Part shown: in pieces, positions 16,519-33,331 of the stretch | Position numbering within the stretch: position 1 is the stretch's first letter | How the letters are laid out: each line of letters opens with the position of its first letter | Assembly (NCBI RefSeq): GCF_009914755.1 | Contig: NC_060926.1 | DNA from: the human T2T-CHM13v2.0 reference genome, Homo sapiens | Reading direction: 5' to 3' (one strand) | Length of the DNA stretch: 64,000 nt | The notes under the pieces: generated by a model | Told to the model about the DNA's origin: nothing | What the model saw: the letters and a program-made list of their open reading frames with translations, nothing else | Database searches by the model: none | Translations under genes and position numbers: made by a program

Positions 16519-16747
16519 GGCGCGCACTCGCCAGCGCTTTGTTCGTGACCGGCCTTTTAAGGGCTGTCTCACCCATCTTGTCTGGCTCTGCCTCCCTGTT
16601 TCCTTTCCGTCCTCTCTCCCACCACAGCCAGCTCCCCACTTTTTTCGCGGGGGCCCCCTCCAGCCTGTCCGGGGCCTCCCCGTTCCCAGGCCAGGGCTTC
16701 CCCCTCCTCCCAGACCTCGTTGCTCTGCCCGGTGAGGCCCCGGGCTC

Positions 16748-16761
16748 CCAGCAGGGGGCGC
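16748..16761 (+). promoter_or_regulatory. CTCF consensus motif
   Basis: CCAGCAGGGGGCGC matches CCASYAGRKGGCRS at every position; a weaker copy CGATCAGGTGGCGG follows at about 16769. Confidence 0.7.
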
Positions 16762-17352
16762 CTGCTCGCGATCAGGTGGCGGCCTGGGGGCGGCCTGGCG
16801 GTCCCGGCGGACCCTGACGCGGCGGGGCTCCGGGGCTCGCGGTGGCGCTGGGAACCACTGTGTCAGCCCTGCGGCTAGGGCGGGGAGTGGAGGACCCCCG
16901 GGCTGGCTCTCGGACCTGGACTTGGGGCTTCCGACTGCATTTTCTCCCCAGCCCGCTTTAGAACCTCAAACGTTTCCTACTTGGGACCCTCCATGGCATT
17001 TAATTACTTTTACGGATAATTATTTATTCATTAGAATATTAGAAAATCAGGGTTGAAAGGCTTTGCAGAGATCATTGAGTACTTGTTCAGCACTTAAATT
17101 TTGCAGAAAGCTGAGACCTGGGGGGTGGAGTGACTTAAGGCCGGAGCTGAGATGAGCTTTTCAGGGGTCCTGATGCCCCGGCAAGCTCCCTCTCCGCTGC
17201 ACCACTACTGTTATTTCTCAATGTGACCCCCTTCCTAATTTCCCAGCCCCCCAAGCTCCCCAAAACAGAACGATTTTTCCCTATGCAGTTTCCAACTGGC
17301 TTCTTTCTGGAATTTTCTCCCTGACAGACTCTGCGCATGCCCACTTGAGTGA

Positions 17353-17353
<1 letters not shown>

Positions 17354-17399
<46 letters not shown>
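17354..17399. repeat. (CA)23 microsatellite, (UG)n in the pre-mRNA
   Basis: Direct read. Confidence 0.95.
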
Positions 17400-17404
<5 letters not shown>

Positions 17405-17905
17405 ACACACGCTTTCCAGCCTGGCCGGGCCGCCTCGGAATGCGGCACTTGTCGTGAGTCAGGGAGGGTCAGCTGCTCTCTCAGTACGGCCTATGCAGCC
17501 CAACTGCTCCTGGCCCAGGCCCAGGGTCACCGCCAGGGCCAGGTGGTTGTGACCTTCCAGTGTGGCCCTGACAGGCCCGAACATGACCCTAGTGCATCTC
17601 AGGACTTGGGGGCAGGGGAGGCCAGGGTGCTTCTAACACTCGCCTTCGAGTCTGAGCTATACTCAGCCAGAGGCCACCCAAGTTCTCTTTAAAATGAACT
17701 CAAATCTCCATGACCAGGCTGTAGCCAGGTTTACCTCAGAGGGCAGTCACTGGCCTGAAAAGGGGCCCTATGCTCAGAGTAGAGAGGGGTTTTGTGCTGA
17801 CCCTAATCCGGTCTCTCACCAGTTGCATAATCTTGGGTAAGTAATTTAACCTTTCTGAAGCTTCAGTCTCCCCATCTGAAAAATGAGGATAATAAGAGTC
17901 TTCCA

Positions 17906-18220
<315 letters not shown>

Positions 18221-18244
18221 TCACACATGGGGCATAATACACAG

Positions 18245-18400
18245 CAGAGCTTCTGAAACTTTCATATACATGGGAAGCATGAGGCCCTCTTTAAAATGCA
18301 GATTCTGATCCAGCAGGTCTTCAGTGGAGCCTGGAATTCTGCATTTCTAAATTCCTGGGTGCTGCCAACACTGCTGGTCTATGGACCACTGTGAGTAGCG
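18245..18400. mobile_element. MER5-type hAT/Charlie MITE
   Basis: aaaatgcagattctg..tggagcctggaattctgcatttctaa..ggaccact. Confidence 0.6.
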
Positions 18401-19007
18401 AGGAGAGAGAATGCCCAATACAGTCAATACTCAATAAGGGAAAGCCACATCGCCACTGCCACCTGAATCATCATCATTATGGCATTAATGCTGGCGGGGG
18501 CAGGAACAGACCCAAGACAAGCACAGGCCTGTCGGGTGTTGGCTCCTGTCCCTATCACTCATCTCATCATCTCCCGTCTTCCTGATTCTTTCTCCTGGCT
18601 GTACTTTCAGCACATGCTCAGGCTACAAGAAACGCTGCCTTAAAAAGTCTGTTTTTGCTGTACAGGAGCTAATGAAAGGGGTTCCAGGAGAGCATCCCCT
18701 GAAAAGAGACCTGGAATAAGGGGAACTGAAAGGAGACCACGGCCGAGCCACATCCTCTCCGGGGCCTTAGTCTCCTTCCTCATCTGAATCAACCAGCTGA
18801 GCATGTGTTCTATGTCAGCTGACTGCTGGAACCGTGACCGAGCCTCCACACCCTGATTAAGCCACTGTCCGTTGCATATTGGCAGAGCCTAGGCCACTGC
18901 CCACCCCGCGAGGTAACATCTCACCAATTTCAGCTTCCAGGCAGTGCAGTGGCCTTCAGGGATCCTACCAGCTCTGATCCCTGCCAGAATCTATACTTCC
19001 TGGATAG

Positions 19008-19352
<345 letters not shown>

Positions 19353-20827
19353 TCAAGGCCAAATTTTGGAGGTCAAGGAGACTTAAAGAGTTTTTGCCCA
19401 CCACACTCAGCACTAAGATTCTAAGGAAGATCCACCTGTCTGAAAGTCCCAGACCCAGGAATCATCCTTGACAGCATCTCTCCCTCACCTCTCATGTTCC
19501 TGGCATTTGTCCCCTCCCTTCATCTCTGCTGCCATCCTGCTCATCAGCCCCTCCGATGTCATCCTGCTTCCCAGCTCCTCCATTCCATCCCAGGATCCAG
19601 ATGACATGAGCTTTTCAAATTGCAAAGCTGATTACATCACACACACTGCCCACTCCCCGCCTCCCCACCCCCCGCCTCCCCGCCCCCCCACCCCCCACCC
19701 CGGCAGCCACCTTTGAAGGCCTGGCCTGTCTGCCCCAGCACTTTCCACACCCTTCTCCTTTGCTCTCTGCACTCTAGCCTTGTGACATCTATCAGTTCCC
19801 TGGGTGCCCTGCTCCCTCCCACCTGGGAGCCTTCTTCCCTGTTCTCACTCTCTCCCTCTACCCCTCACCCAGTGGACTCCCTTCGCCCTTCAGCTCGCGC
19901 TGGACAGCCCAGGCCAACTCAGGTTCTTCGTTGCAGTTCCCCTGGACATGTTTCACTTCCCTTAGAGCGCTTATCTCCATGTGTAATCTCATCTTTTTAA
20001 GGGTGGATTTCTCATTAATGTCTGTCTCTCCAGCTGACTGTGAGGTCCTTGAGGGCAAGAAGCAGGTTTTTGTTCATAATAGTTTCCCCAGTCCCTGGTA
20101 TGGATCCTAGCACACCCTGAATGGGTGTTTTAAGAAACACCTGTTGACTGATCGATGCAGGAGCCCTTGAGAACAGCTAGAAATGGAAGTAGGGAAATCC
20201 CAAAGTGAAAACAAACCCTCAAGGCCAGAGAACAGCTTTGGGGCTATGGCTCCATGCTTCAGGGCAGGAAGGAATGCCGTGACCCTGGGTAGCAGCTCGG
20301 CAGGAGTCATGGTGGGGTCCTGGGAAGCGAAGTCAACTGCAGTCAGCCCATGGGAAGCACCACATTTGGAAGGGCAGGGCTGATGGGTTCTCTCACACAC
20401 CTGGCATTGTTAATGGGAAGGATGGTGTCTTCTCCCTTTCCTCATCTGTTTCACTCCCCTCAGGCCCTTCCCACTCTCGGGAAGTATCAGAATATGTGCA
20501 AGAGGCCTAGACAATTCAGGACCCGTCTCCGCACCAAGTCCCATTCCAGGACAGCGGAAAATAGTAGAAAGGCACAAGACCAGGACTGAATGAGCCCTGG
20601 ATCTGCCACTTAAGGTTGGGGCTCCATGAGCAAGTCACATCATTGTTTTAAGCCTCAATATTTTTCTCCTGAAATGAGGATAATCATATCTCTTGAATAA
20701 GATTGTTAGAGGAGTAAATAAAACAACTAATACAGATTCCCTCTGTAGTGTTCTGCACATAGTGGGAGCATCATACATATTTGTCGAATAATAAATGAAT
20801 AAAAGCTTCTTAATAAGTTTGGAAATT

Positions 20828-20833
20828 TGTATT
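20828..20833 (-). terminator. Candidate variant polyadenylation signal (AATACA) for the intron-4-terminating isoform
   Basis: Plus-strand tgtatt = AATACA on the sense strand, followed by U-rich TTTTATTCATTTATTATT at about 20787-20804; I found no canonical AATAAA between the stop codon and this site. Confidence 0.5.
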
Positions 20834-21479
20834 CTGGAAATGTTCTCTATCCTGCATGAACATTAGGTTGGATCCATGCAAAATAAGTTACGCCAATTAA
20901 TCAATTTACTCATTTCATCATACACGCTTGGAAGGAAGACTTTTTGAAATTAAAATGCACATATGCAAAACAACCTGGCAGGGCCCTGGGAGGATCAAAT
21001 GTGATAATGTATGAGAAAGCGCTTTGTAAACTGTGAAGCCCTGTACAAATGCTAGTTGTCCTCATTACTAACATGTTTACAGCTCGGTTGGCCCTGAAAT
21101 TGCTGGCTTAACCTGAAAGAGAAAAGTGGGCAACTTTCCAGGCTTCCAGGGTTAGGCCAAAAAGTCCCCAGATGAAGAGGCCTGGGCTGGGCAGTACACA
21201 GAATACAATCACCCAGCCCTCTCCCCACGCCACTGTCACAACCAAATTTCCAGTTGAGTCAGCCCAACTAGGGTGGGCTCAGGACCTCTGCACTCAGGGA
21301 GGCAAACAGGGTATCTGCTGCCCTTGAGTGCCCAGGCCAGGGGCTACAAATACAGCAACCCCCAGGAACTGCATGGCACGTGGGAGAGTAAGCAGGCCAG
21401 GTAGAGCTGCAGAAAACTAAGGCCCACAACCAGCCACAGAAGGCGATGGAGGGACCGCCATTATCCCAGTCTAGCAATC

Positions 21480-21700
21480 GTTGGCGTTATGAAAGCCCGC
21501 TGTTGCCAGATCTAGCTTTTTTTTTTTTCATGAGAAGCCAAAACTCCAGATTTTTATGTGAAATTTTTTGATTTTTAAATACTGGCAACTAATTTTTTAA
21601 ATGTTTAAAACACTCTATGGGCCAAATAAAACATATGCGCAGGCTGCATCCAGCCAGTAGCCTCCAGGCCATAGCCTTGGCAAGCAGACCTTTAGCCACG
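21480..21700 (-). mobile_element. MER102-like hAT element
   Basis: tgttgccagatct..gagaagcc..ccagatttttatgtgaaat..tttttaaatactggcaactaatt..gggccaaataaaaca resembles the reverse MER102 consensus as I recall it. Confidence 0.6.
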
Positions 21701-21749
21701 ACCCAGACCATCCTTCCTGGGACCTGCTGGAGAGCCAAGTCCCTGACTC

Positions 21750-22106
<357 letters not shown>

Positions 22107-22442
22107 TTAGATCAGTGGGCTTAGCCTGTTTTGGATCATTGACCGCTCTGAAATTCTAGAGAATGTTATGCACTTTCTGTCCAGAAACTGTGTTCATATA
22201 AACCTTCATGCAAACAGATACATTCACAATTTTGCTTTCAACATCAAAGGATTCCTGGGCTTGACCCCTTGAAATCACGAGTCTGTGGACTCCAGCTTCA
22301 GAAACAGGAAAAGAATCCAAGCAGGTTTGCCAGCCTGGTTGCACTTCTCAAGGGATCGGCTCCCCCATCCCACCGCCACTCACTGAGGTTACATAGGACG
22401 TCCAAGCCTTCTCTGCAGCCCCTGTTAAAAAAGAAATGCTCC

Positions 22443-22926
<484 letters not shown>

Positions 22927-23726
22927 TCATAGCCTAGCGTAGCCTTCTCCCCTGGCCTGGGCCGCCCCAGATTCTTTCAGGCACTCAGACCCAGAAGAGC
23001 CAAGGCTCTGGCAAACAGTTTTCAGGCTCTGCAACAACTCTTCCTGAGCACTGGGGTCTCTCATTCTCCCTTCAAGGGAAATCATTTCTTTATCCCCTAG
23101 AGTCTAAGAACTGAACTCGCTAAGGTTCCAGGTAATAAAAATCAAATAAAGAATAATCCTGGCTGTCTGTGTGTGTCACTGCGCAGTGGACAAAGCTCCT
23201 CACTTACTACCTCCTCAGAGTTTCTCAGCCTCCCTGGGAAGCAGGTGAGGAACCTGAGGCTCTCTGGAATTTTGTGATTTGCTCCAGGTCACAGGCTTTG
23301 CAAGGACAAAGCAAGAGCAGGAGAGCCGGGTGCCTGCTGTGTGCTCTGCTGTGTATATATATTCAGTCCTCAGCCATCCAGAGGCAAGTGGGCCAGGACA
23401 CCTCAAGAAGAATGGAGGTGTCCAGTGTGGGACAGGAACAGGCAGGGGTCCCCATGGCTCGGCACTCTGCCACACCCACAGGCACCAGGCTGCACTCAGC
23501 AACTCTGCCTCGCTGGCTCCGTATGCAGAACACCTACCCAGTAGAAAGGCAGGGACAGCATCAGCACGGCAAGCCTCAGATAAGGAAGGCACTGCTCTCA
23601 GCATCTCAGTTTCCCCACCTGTCAGGTGGAGATGACTGGTCTAGACCAATGGAGATTTTGTCTTTCTTGTCTTTTTTTTTCTACTTATAAAAGTCAGTCA
23701 CATATATCATAAAAAAATCAAACTGT

Positions 23727-24085
<359 letters not shown>

Positions 24086-26276
24086 TCAGCTCCCTACCCC
24101 CAAAATCTCTCCCCTAAGGTACCCATTATTAACAGTTCAGTGAGCATCCTTTCCAGATTTTTTCCTATGCATTGACAATCATGTGTAAGTTACATGTTTA
24201 TACATATGTATTCATATACACATTCAGATCCAGAAATGTTTTTTTCCAAAAGGGTATCATACTAGTCGTAATGTTCTGCAACTTGCTTTTTCACTTAACA
24301 AGCAGAGTGGGCATCCCTCCATCCCAGTGCAGATGGATCTGGATGCTCCAAAATGTATGCATGCCGTTCCCTGATGGTGGGCATTTGGGCTGATTTGCTT
24401 TTCACTGCAGTGAACACCCTTGCACTTACAGCTCTGTACAGCTGCGTGTTTCCATGGGACGGAGTTCCAGAAGTGGTCAGGCCGGGTGAAAGGGCCTGTC
24501 CAGCTAAATGTGCAGAGATACTGCCAAATTCCCTCCAGAGTTTCCCACCACTCAAGTGCACAGCCTGAGACAGCACTGGGTCCCCAGCCCCTCCCCTGCA
24601 AAGCCCTATTTCCAAGGCTGCTTTTGCTCTAACGGTCTAGGACCTGAACTCTCAACCCACTGTTATTTGGCAAGGAACGCCCAGAGGTGGCAATTAGGGA
24701 CAAGGGCCTTGGGAAAACAAAAACAAAAACAAAACCAGAGTCTTCTCAGGTATGCTTTCCTCCCTGGATGGGGACCCGGGCACAGGGAGCAGCCGGAGAG
24801 GGAGCAGAAGGAACTGCAGGGCCTGCCAAGCTCCTTTCCTGCTGTGCGGGGCAGCTGGGCAGGCCTGCTTCCAGGAGGGAAGCACCCACAGAAAGCTGCA
24901 TGTGTGTACTCCTCAGCAGTTGGAGGCAGGGGGCTGCAACGAGAGGAAGAGGAGGTGACTGGTAAAAGCGAGAAGTCCTCCACTGTGCTTGGGGGCTTGG
25001 GCTGATGCCAGCAGAGCCAGGAAGGCCAAATCCGGGAAGGAAAGTGGAACGGCAGACCCCTGCCTCCATCCTGTGTGTCAGGACCCTCCCCAGAACTCAG
25101 AACACCTCTCCTCCCTCCCTGCTTAAGCAAAGAGGGCATTTCCAGCCTAGAATGGTCCTCCCTGGTGTAAACCCTGTCTGTCACCCTTCAAGGCTCAGTC
25201 ATGAGCCCCAGCAGCCTGAAAAGTGGAGTGTACCCCTGCACTGCAGCCACCTTCTGGGATCCAGCTGTTCCAGGTACCCCAAAGCCCCCAACATGGCACT
25301 ACCATAGAGGTATGCGTGGGGTCCTGCCTGGCTAACTTGAGCTAAGAAGCTTAGGTCAGAGCCAGACTTTTTCATGGCTGCGTCTTCCTTTCTTCTCATC
25401 ATTTGCTGCCCTGCAGACACCTCAGATTGGGGCAGGCTCTGAGCCCCGCAAAGCTGCTGGAGGCAACTCCACTGTCACTCACTTCCTGCCTGGGACCACA
25501 TGGCCTCCTCTCATGCTGGGACTCACTTCCTGTTGACTGCTGGCTCCGTAGCATAGAGACCTATGAGGGCCGGCTCTGAGGCCCAACACAGCCCCAGGCT
25601 CCCGACCAACCCAGTCCTTCATGCACAAGAGTAAGCCCTGCCCTGGCCTTGCCCGCGGACCCCAGTCTGCAACAGCACCAGATGCGCCATTCTCCCAGAG
25701 ATGCCCCCAAAGCCAGGTGGGAGCCGGGCATGCTGGGCAGATGATGGGCGAGCGGGGCATGTTGCACATTTCCAGCCCCGGGTTAGCTCACCCGCTGAAA
25801 TCCCCACTCCCGCATCTGGTCCACACCATCCTCTGCCCAACCATCCCCTCCTGCTCACCTGCTCTCTCAGGTTCTGGATGAGATGATTCAGCCAAAGTTC
25901 TGGGATTTGGGGGGGAGGGCAATGACTTCTGCCACGCTCAACCCTTGATTCATCCTACCCATCAAGAACTCCCTCAAGCTAAGTGTGGCCCCTCAATGGG
26001 GCTCTCTGGGGCTCAGGGTGACCAGCAGGACAAAACCATCCAGAGGAAGGAAAAAGGTCCCAGTCAAATGGCCTGAAGCAACTGTCCAAGTCTCTGGGGA
26101 AGAGCTGGGTGCTCACTGAAGGAGCCATCCCTGGTGAGAAGGGCAGAAACCTCAGCCTGGAAGCCCAGGAGGGAGGGGCACCCCAGCCAGGCCTGGCCTC
26201 TTCTGCCCCCAACTCCATGTCCTCCTCCCAGCCACTCTCCTCCCCTCCTTTCCCCTGTCTCCACAGCTTGTTGACC

Positions 26277-26328
26277 TCTGGAGGGCAGAGACTTTGCTCG
26301 ATCTGGAGGGCAGAGACTTTGCTCGATC
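26277..26328. repeat. 25-bp tandem duplication
   Basis: tctggagggcagagactttgctcga twice. Confidence 0.93.
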
Positions 26329-26934
26329 CGGCTAGACTTAGCAGGGAGTGGGGCACCTGACAGGTGCTCAGACAATATTCACAATTGATTCGTGAATGGC
26401 AAAGACGAGGCTAAAAGTGAGAACCTCCTGCACTCAAGCTAGAGGGAGTTTCAGCTTTGCTGCCATGTCTGTTAAACAATCTGCTTTTGTTTGCTTTTGA
26501 CAGTCATCTTGAAAGAGACACAGCACACCCCCGAGATACTCATGTTGCCCATTATCTGGGAGAGGGCTGGGTTGGGGGTGCCGACCATTCTAGAAGGCAC
26601 CACCAGCAGGTGCAGCTGCAGGTGACAATTTCAGAATGGGAAAAGCCGCAGTAACTACCCATCACTTCTCCTCCCGTGGGGGGCCAGATGGGGGCCACAG
26701 GAGGGTTGTGAATCTAGTATCATTCTAGATTTCAGTACAGCTTGGTCCTATCACCCACTGTCCACCTATCCCCACCCGGTATACCACACTTTGGGTCTTC
26801 AAATCCTGCCCACCACTTCCTGGGGTCCCTCCGAGTTTGCCAATCTTCGCTTTCCTTCTGGGCAGAACCCCCACCTTGCCTCCGGCTTTTCCTCAGTCCT
26901 CTCCTGTGAGCAGCTTTTTGAGGCAGGTTAAGGC

Positions 26935-27971
<1,037 letters not shown>

Positions 27972-28467
27972 TAGAAACACTTTTTTAAACTTCTAAAAAC
28001 CTGGGGTAAAACATACATAACATTTACCATTTTAACCATTTTCAAGCATACTTTAAGTACACTCTCATGGTTATACAACCTTTACCCCCATCCATCTCCA
28101 GAACTTTTCCACGATCCCAAACGGAAACTGTCTCCATTCAACACTAACTTCCCAGTTGCCTCTCCCCCAGTCACCACTCTTCTACTTTCTGTCTTCTAAG
28201 GAGCATTTTAAAGGAATGCTCCTTTAAATGGAAGGATCTGGACCCCTCAGCCCCCTGTAGTTGGCAGGTGTGGACAGCTGCTGGCCCAGCCTTGCCCTGA
28301 AGGGTGGGGGTGAACCCACCGCAGCTGTCACTCCTGTCCCAGCCAATGCATGCCACGTTTGTTTACAAAGCCCTTTCTCACCCAATCTCCTTACAATTCA
28401 TACCTCTGAATCTAATTATCTGTTTACTGTGGCCTCCCTCCTCGACTGTGAGCCTTGCCTTATTTAA

Positions 28468-28900
<433 letters not shown>

Positions 28901-29326
28901 TGAGGCCTGCCTTGGGTCACACGCCTCTGAGCAGTAAAGCTTCCAGGATGGCTCAGGTACAGGCGAGGCATTTGAAGGCCGACTCCCGCTCTGGGTTGAG
29001 TCTCAGAAAAGCGCAAGCTCACAAATGCCCCCAGGGTTTGGAGAAGGCAGAGGTGGCAGTGCAGTGCCCAAGAAAGGCCGGGCAGAGGCTGCTGGCCCTC
29101 CCCTGAGCAGCGCTCAATTCAAGCAAAAGACAGAGGCAAGGCAAGGAGGAGCCCTCTGCTGTGGCCTGCCCAGCCGGAACCAATTCCCCAGCCCTGCCGC
29201 CGCCTCCTCTTCCCCCTTTGCCCAAAGTCTGGGCCAGACCCAGACCTCCTGCCCCTCCTTCACTCCAGGCAAAGCCTTGCGTCCCAGGGTGGGGCAATGT
29301 CTGAAACTCCCAATATGGGGAGGTGA

Positions 29327-29983
<657 letters not shown>

Positions 29984-31334
29984 AGAAGTGGTTTTTAAGT
30001 GTTGCTTTACTATAGTTATTTACACAGAAAAACTAAAATCCAGGAGGAGGAGAGGTGAAGGTCATGGCACAGGGGAGATGAGGCCCTGGCACCTGGGGCA
30101 AGAAGCCCTGTCCCCAGGCTGCAGCCCACCTGCAGCGATCACCGAGGAAGGGGGATCCTGTGGGGGTGGGGGGTGGGTAGATGCCATTCTCCCTCCTCCC
30201 CTGCCTCTTCCTTTCCCACTGGGAGCTCCTCTTGCCTTCTCCCCCAAAGCCCAGCAGATGCAGGGGCGACCTCACCTTGGTCACCCAGAGGGCCGGGCCT
30301 GCCATGGTGCTTTTAATGCCTCTGTGAGATCCATTCCATGCCAACCGGGAACCCTGGCATCAGGCCAGCCACGGACTCTTCACCGTCACGTGCACAGACT
30401 TGAGAAGGAGGCACCCCCACGCCTGCAGACACCCACTGCCAGCCACAGGACAGAGGGGTGCAAGGAAGCTGCGTGATGCCAACACAAACACGCCAGTGAG
30501 CCCCTCCACTCCCACCGCAACTCCTCGCTCCTTCCAGTTCCTCAGCTCTGCAGGCCCATCACCCCTCAACCAGCCTGAATTTTTCCAGGTTGACTCTAGT
30601 TTCAGGAAACAGCTGCATGTCCACGTAAGCAGGGCAGCTCTGCCCCCGAAGCATTGGCACGGGGCCATGACTGCCCGCCCCCGCCCTTCCGGCAGCCCCC
30701 TTTCCCCTGGCGGCCCTCACCAGAGATCTGATAGCAGCTGGAAGTGGCCTGTGGTAGGGAGAGCCAGAGATGCCTGCTCCATGCCCACTCCAGGAGGGGC
30801 CAGGGGGTCCCCAGATGCCCCCTTGTTCGGCCTTCCTGGGGTGGATGGAGCAAGCTCCAACGCTATGGAGCTAGGACCCTGACTCCTCCAATTTCCCTTT
30901 TCCCTGTGGGGTGGCTAAAAGCGCAGCCAGTGGGGTCAGGGATGGCGGGACCAGAGGCCACAGAGGGCCGACTCTGGAAACTCTGGTCCCAGCCTGGGCA
31001 CCCCCTCCAGGTCCTACCATTCCCCTTACCACATCTGCTGGGAGCTGCCTGTCTCCCTTCTCCCCAGAGATCTCTCCACCCGTGTGTCTGAGGAGAGAAC
31101 TCTGGGCTCTGCAAAGCCTTAGAGGTCACTCAGTCCATGGCCTGGCTAGGCCGTCACAAGCCATGGCAAATGGATGCCAGAATGACCATGCGTGGTGAGT
31201 GGCCGGCCCACTCAGGGTTCTGTTTCCAGCGGGGACACTGGTCCACCTGGAAAAGGGCCTGGTTGTGCTCTTTGAAGTCAACCTCAAAGGATTTCAGAGT
31301 GAGCTGGAGGCTCCCTTTAAAAAGCCATTATGCT

Positions 31335-31881
<547 letters not shown>

Positions 31882-32847
31882 TCATTTATCTTTCTGAAAT
31901 TTCTAATGGGTGTCCTCCCTCTGCCCCCCAGCTGTGCTGTGCTCAGCCCGCCGCACCCGACATGATTTCATAGCCTTAATCACATCCTCTGCCTTTGTCT
32001 CTGCAGACTGGGGAGTCCTAATCTCTTTAGCCTGTCCTCTCTTGGCAGCCTTGCCTTCCCCTTGATCAATTTAGTGCCCTTCTCTGGAGCTTTTCCAACT
32101 CGCTTATGTCTTTCTTGAGGTAGGAGAACCAAAATGTACAAAATTCTCTAGGTGGGGATGATGAAAGAAAGCCCATGTCAACAGCTCTCCTCCAATGGGT
32201 GTGCCGGCGCGTACCTGCAACAGGAGGAACAATGCAGGTGGAGCCCGGGCCCTAGAAAAGCTCATGGGGCCCCAGGAAGGCCACCAAGGCCAGGACCTGT
32301 GGGAATGAATGACTCGCTGAAGGTGGCCCTGGGATGTGGAGAGATGAAAATAAACAGAGGGATTATTTTTGGAAAAAAAAAAAAAGGAGATTCTGAGATT
32401 CTACTTAAATGCTCCCCAAGTAAGACCAGCTATGTAAGGTGGCCTTGACAGGGGCCCCTTCCCCATCTGCTCCCTTCCAGAAGCCTTGTCTCTGACAACA
32501 ACGCTGATGCTGTCCCTGTTGTGCCATTGCTAGGGCTTCCTTTCACCCCTTCCTCTCCAGCGTTCCCAGGGCCAGCAGCATAGGCTTGGCCAATTCTGCC
32601 CCGCCACTGCCACCCCCCACAGGCCCTGGGACTTTGCTGGCGCCCCTGCCCCCTCCCCTCTCCCAGCATGTGCTCATGCTCAGGGATGAACGCCATGCTC
32701 ATGGGTGCCAGAGCCAATTTCTCAAACACGACTCCCATCACGTCATATCCGCCTCCTCACAACCTTCCAGATAACACATTTTTCAGAGAGGATAAAGAGT
32801 AAAAGCCCCTCAGGCTGCCTGCAAACTACCTTTCCAATCAAGATTGA

Positions 32848-33331
<484 letters not shown>

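Larger units (their letters stand above)
16240..16930. promoter_or_regulatory. Intragenic CpG island in intron 4 (candidate internal promoter/insulator)
   Basis: About 700 bp of very GC-rich, CpG-dense, repeat-free sequence with several GGGCGG boxes. Confidence 0.85.

Noticed and set aside
16382-16639. 85-aa minus-strand ORF in the CpG island as a standalone protein
   Set aside because: It starts at GTG in low-complexity GC-rich sequence; only its internal ATG-G|GT is informative, and that is reported as a finding.
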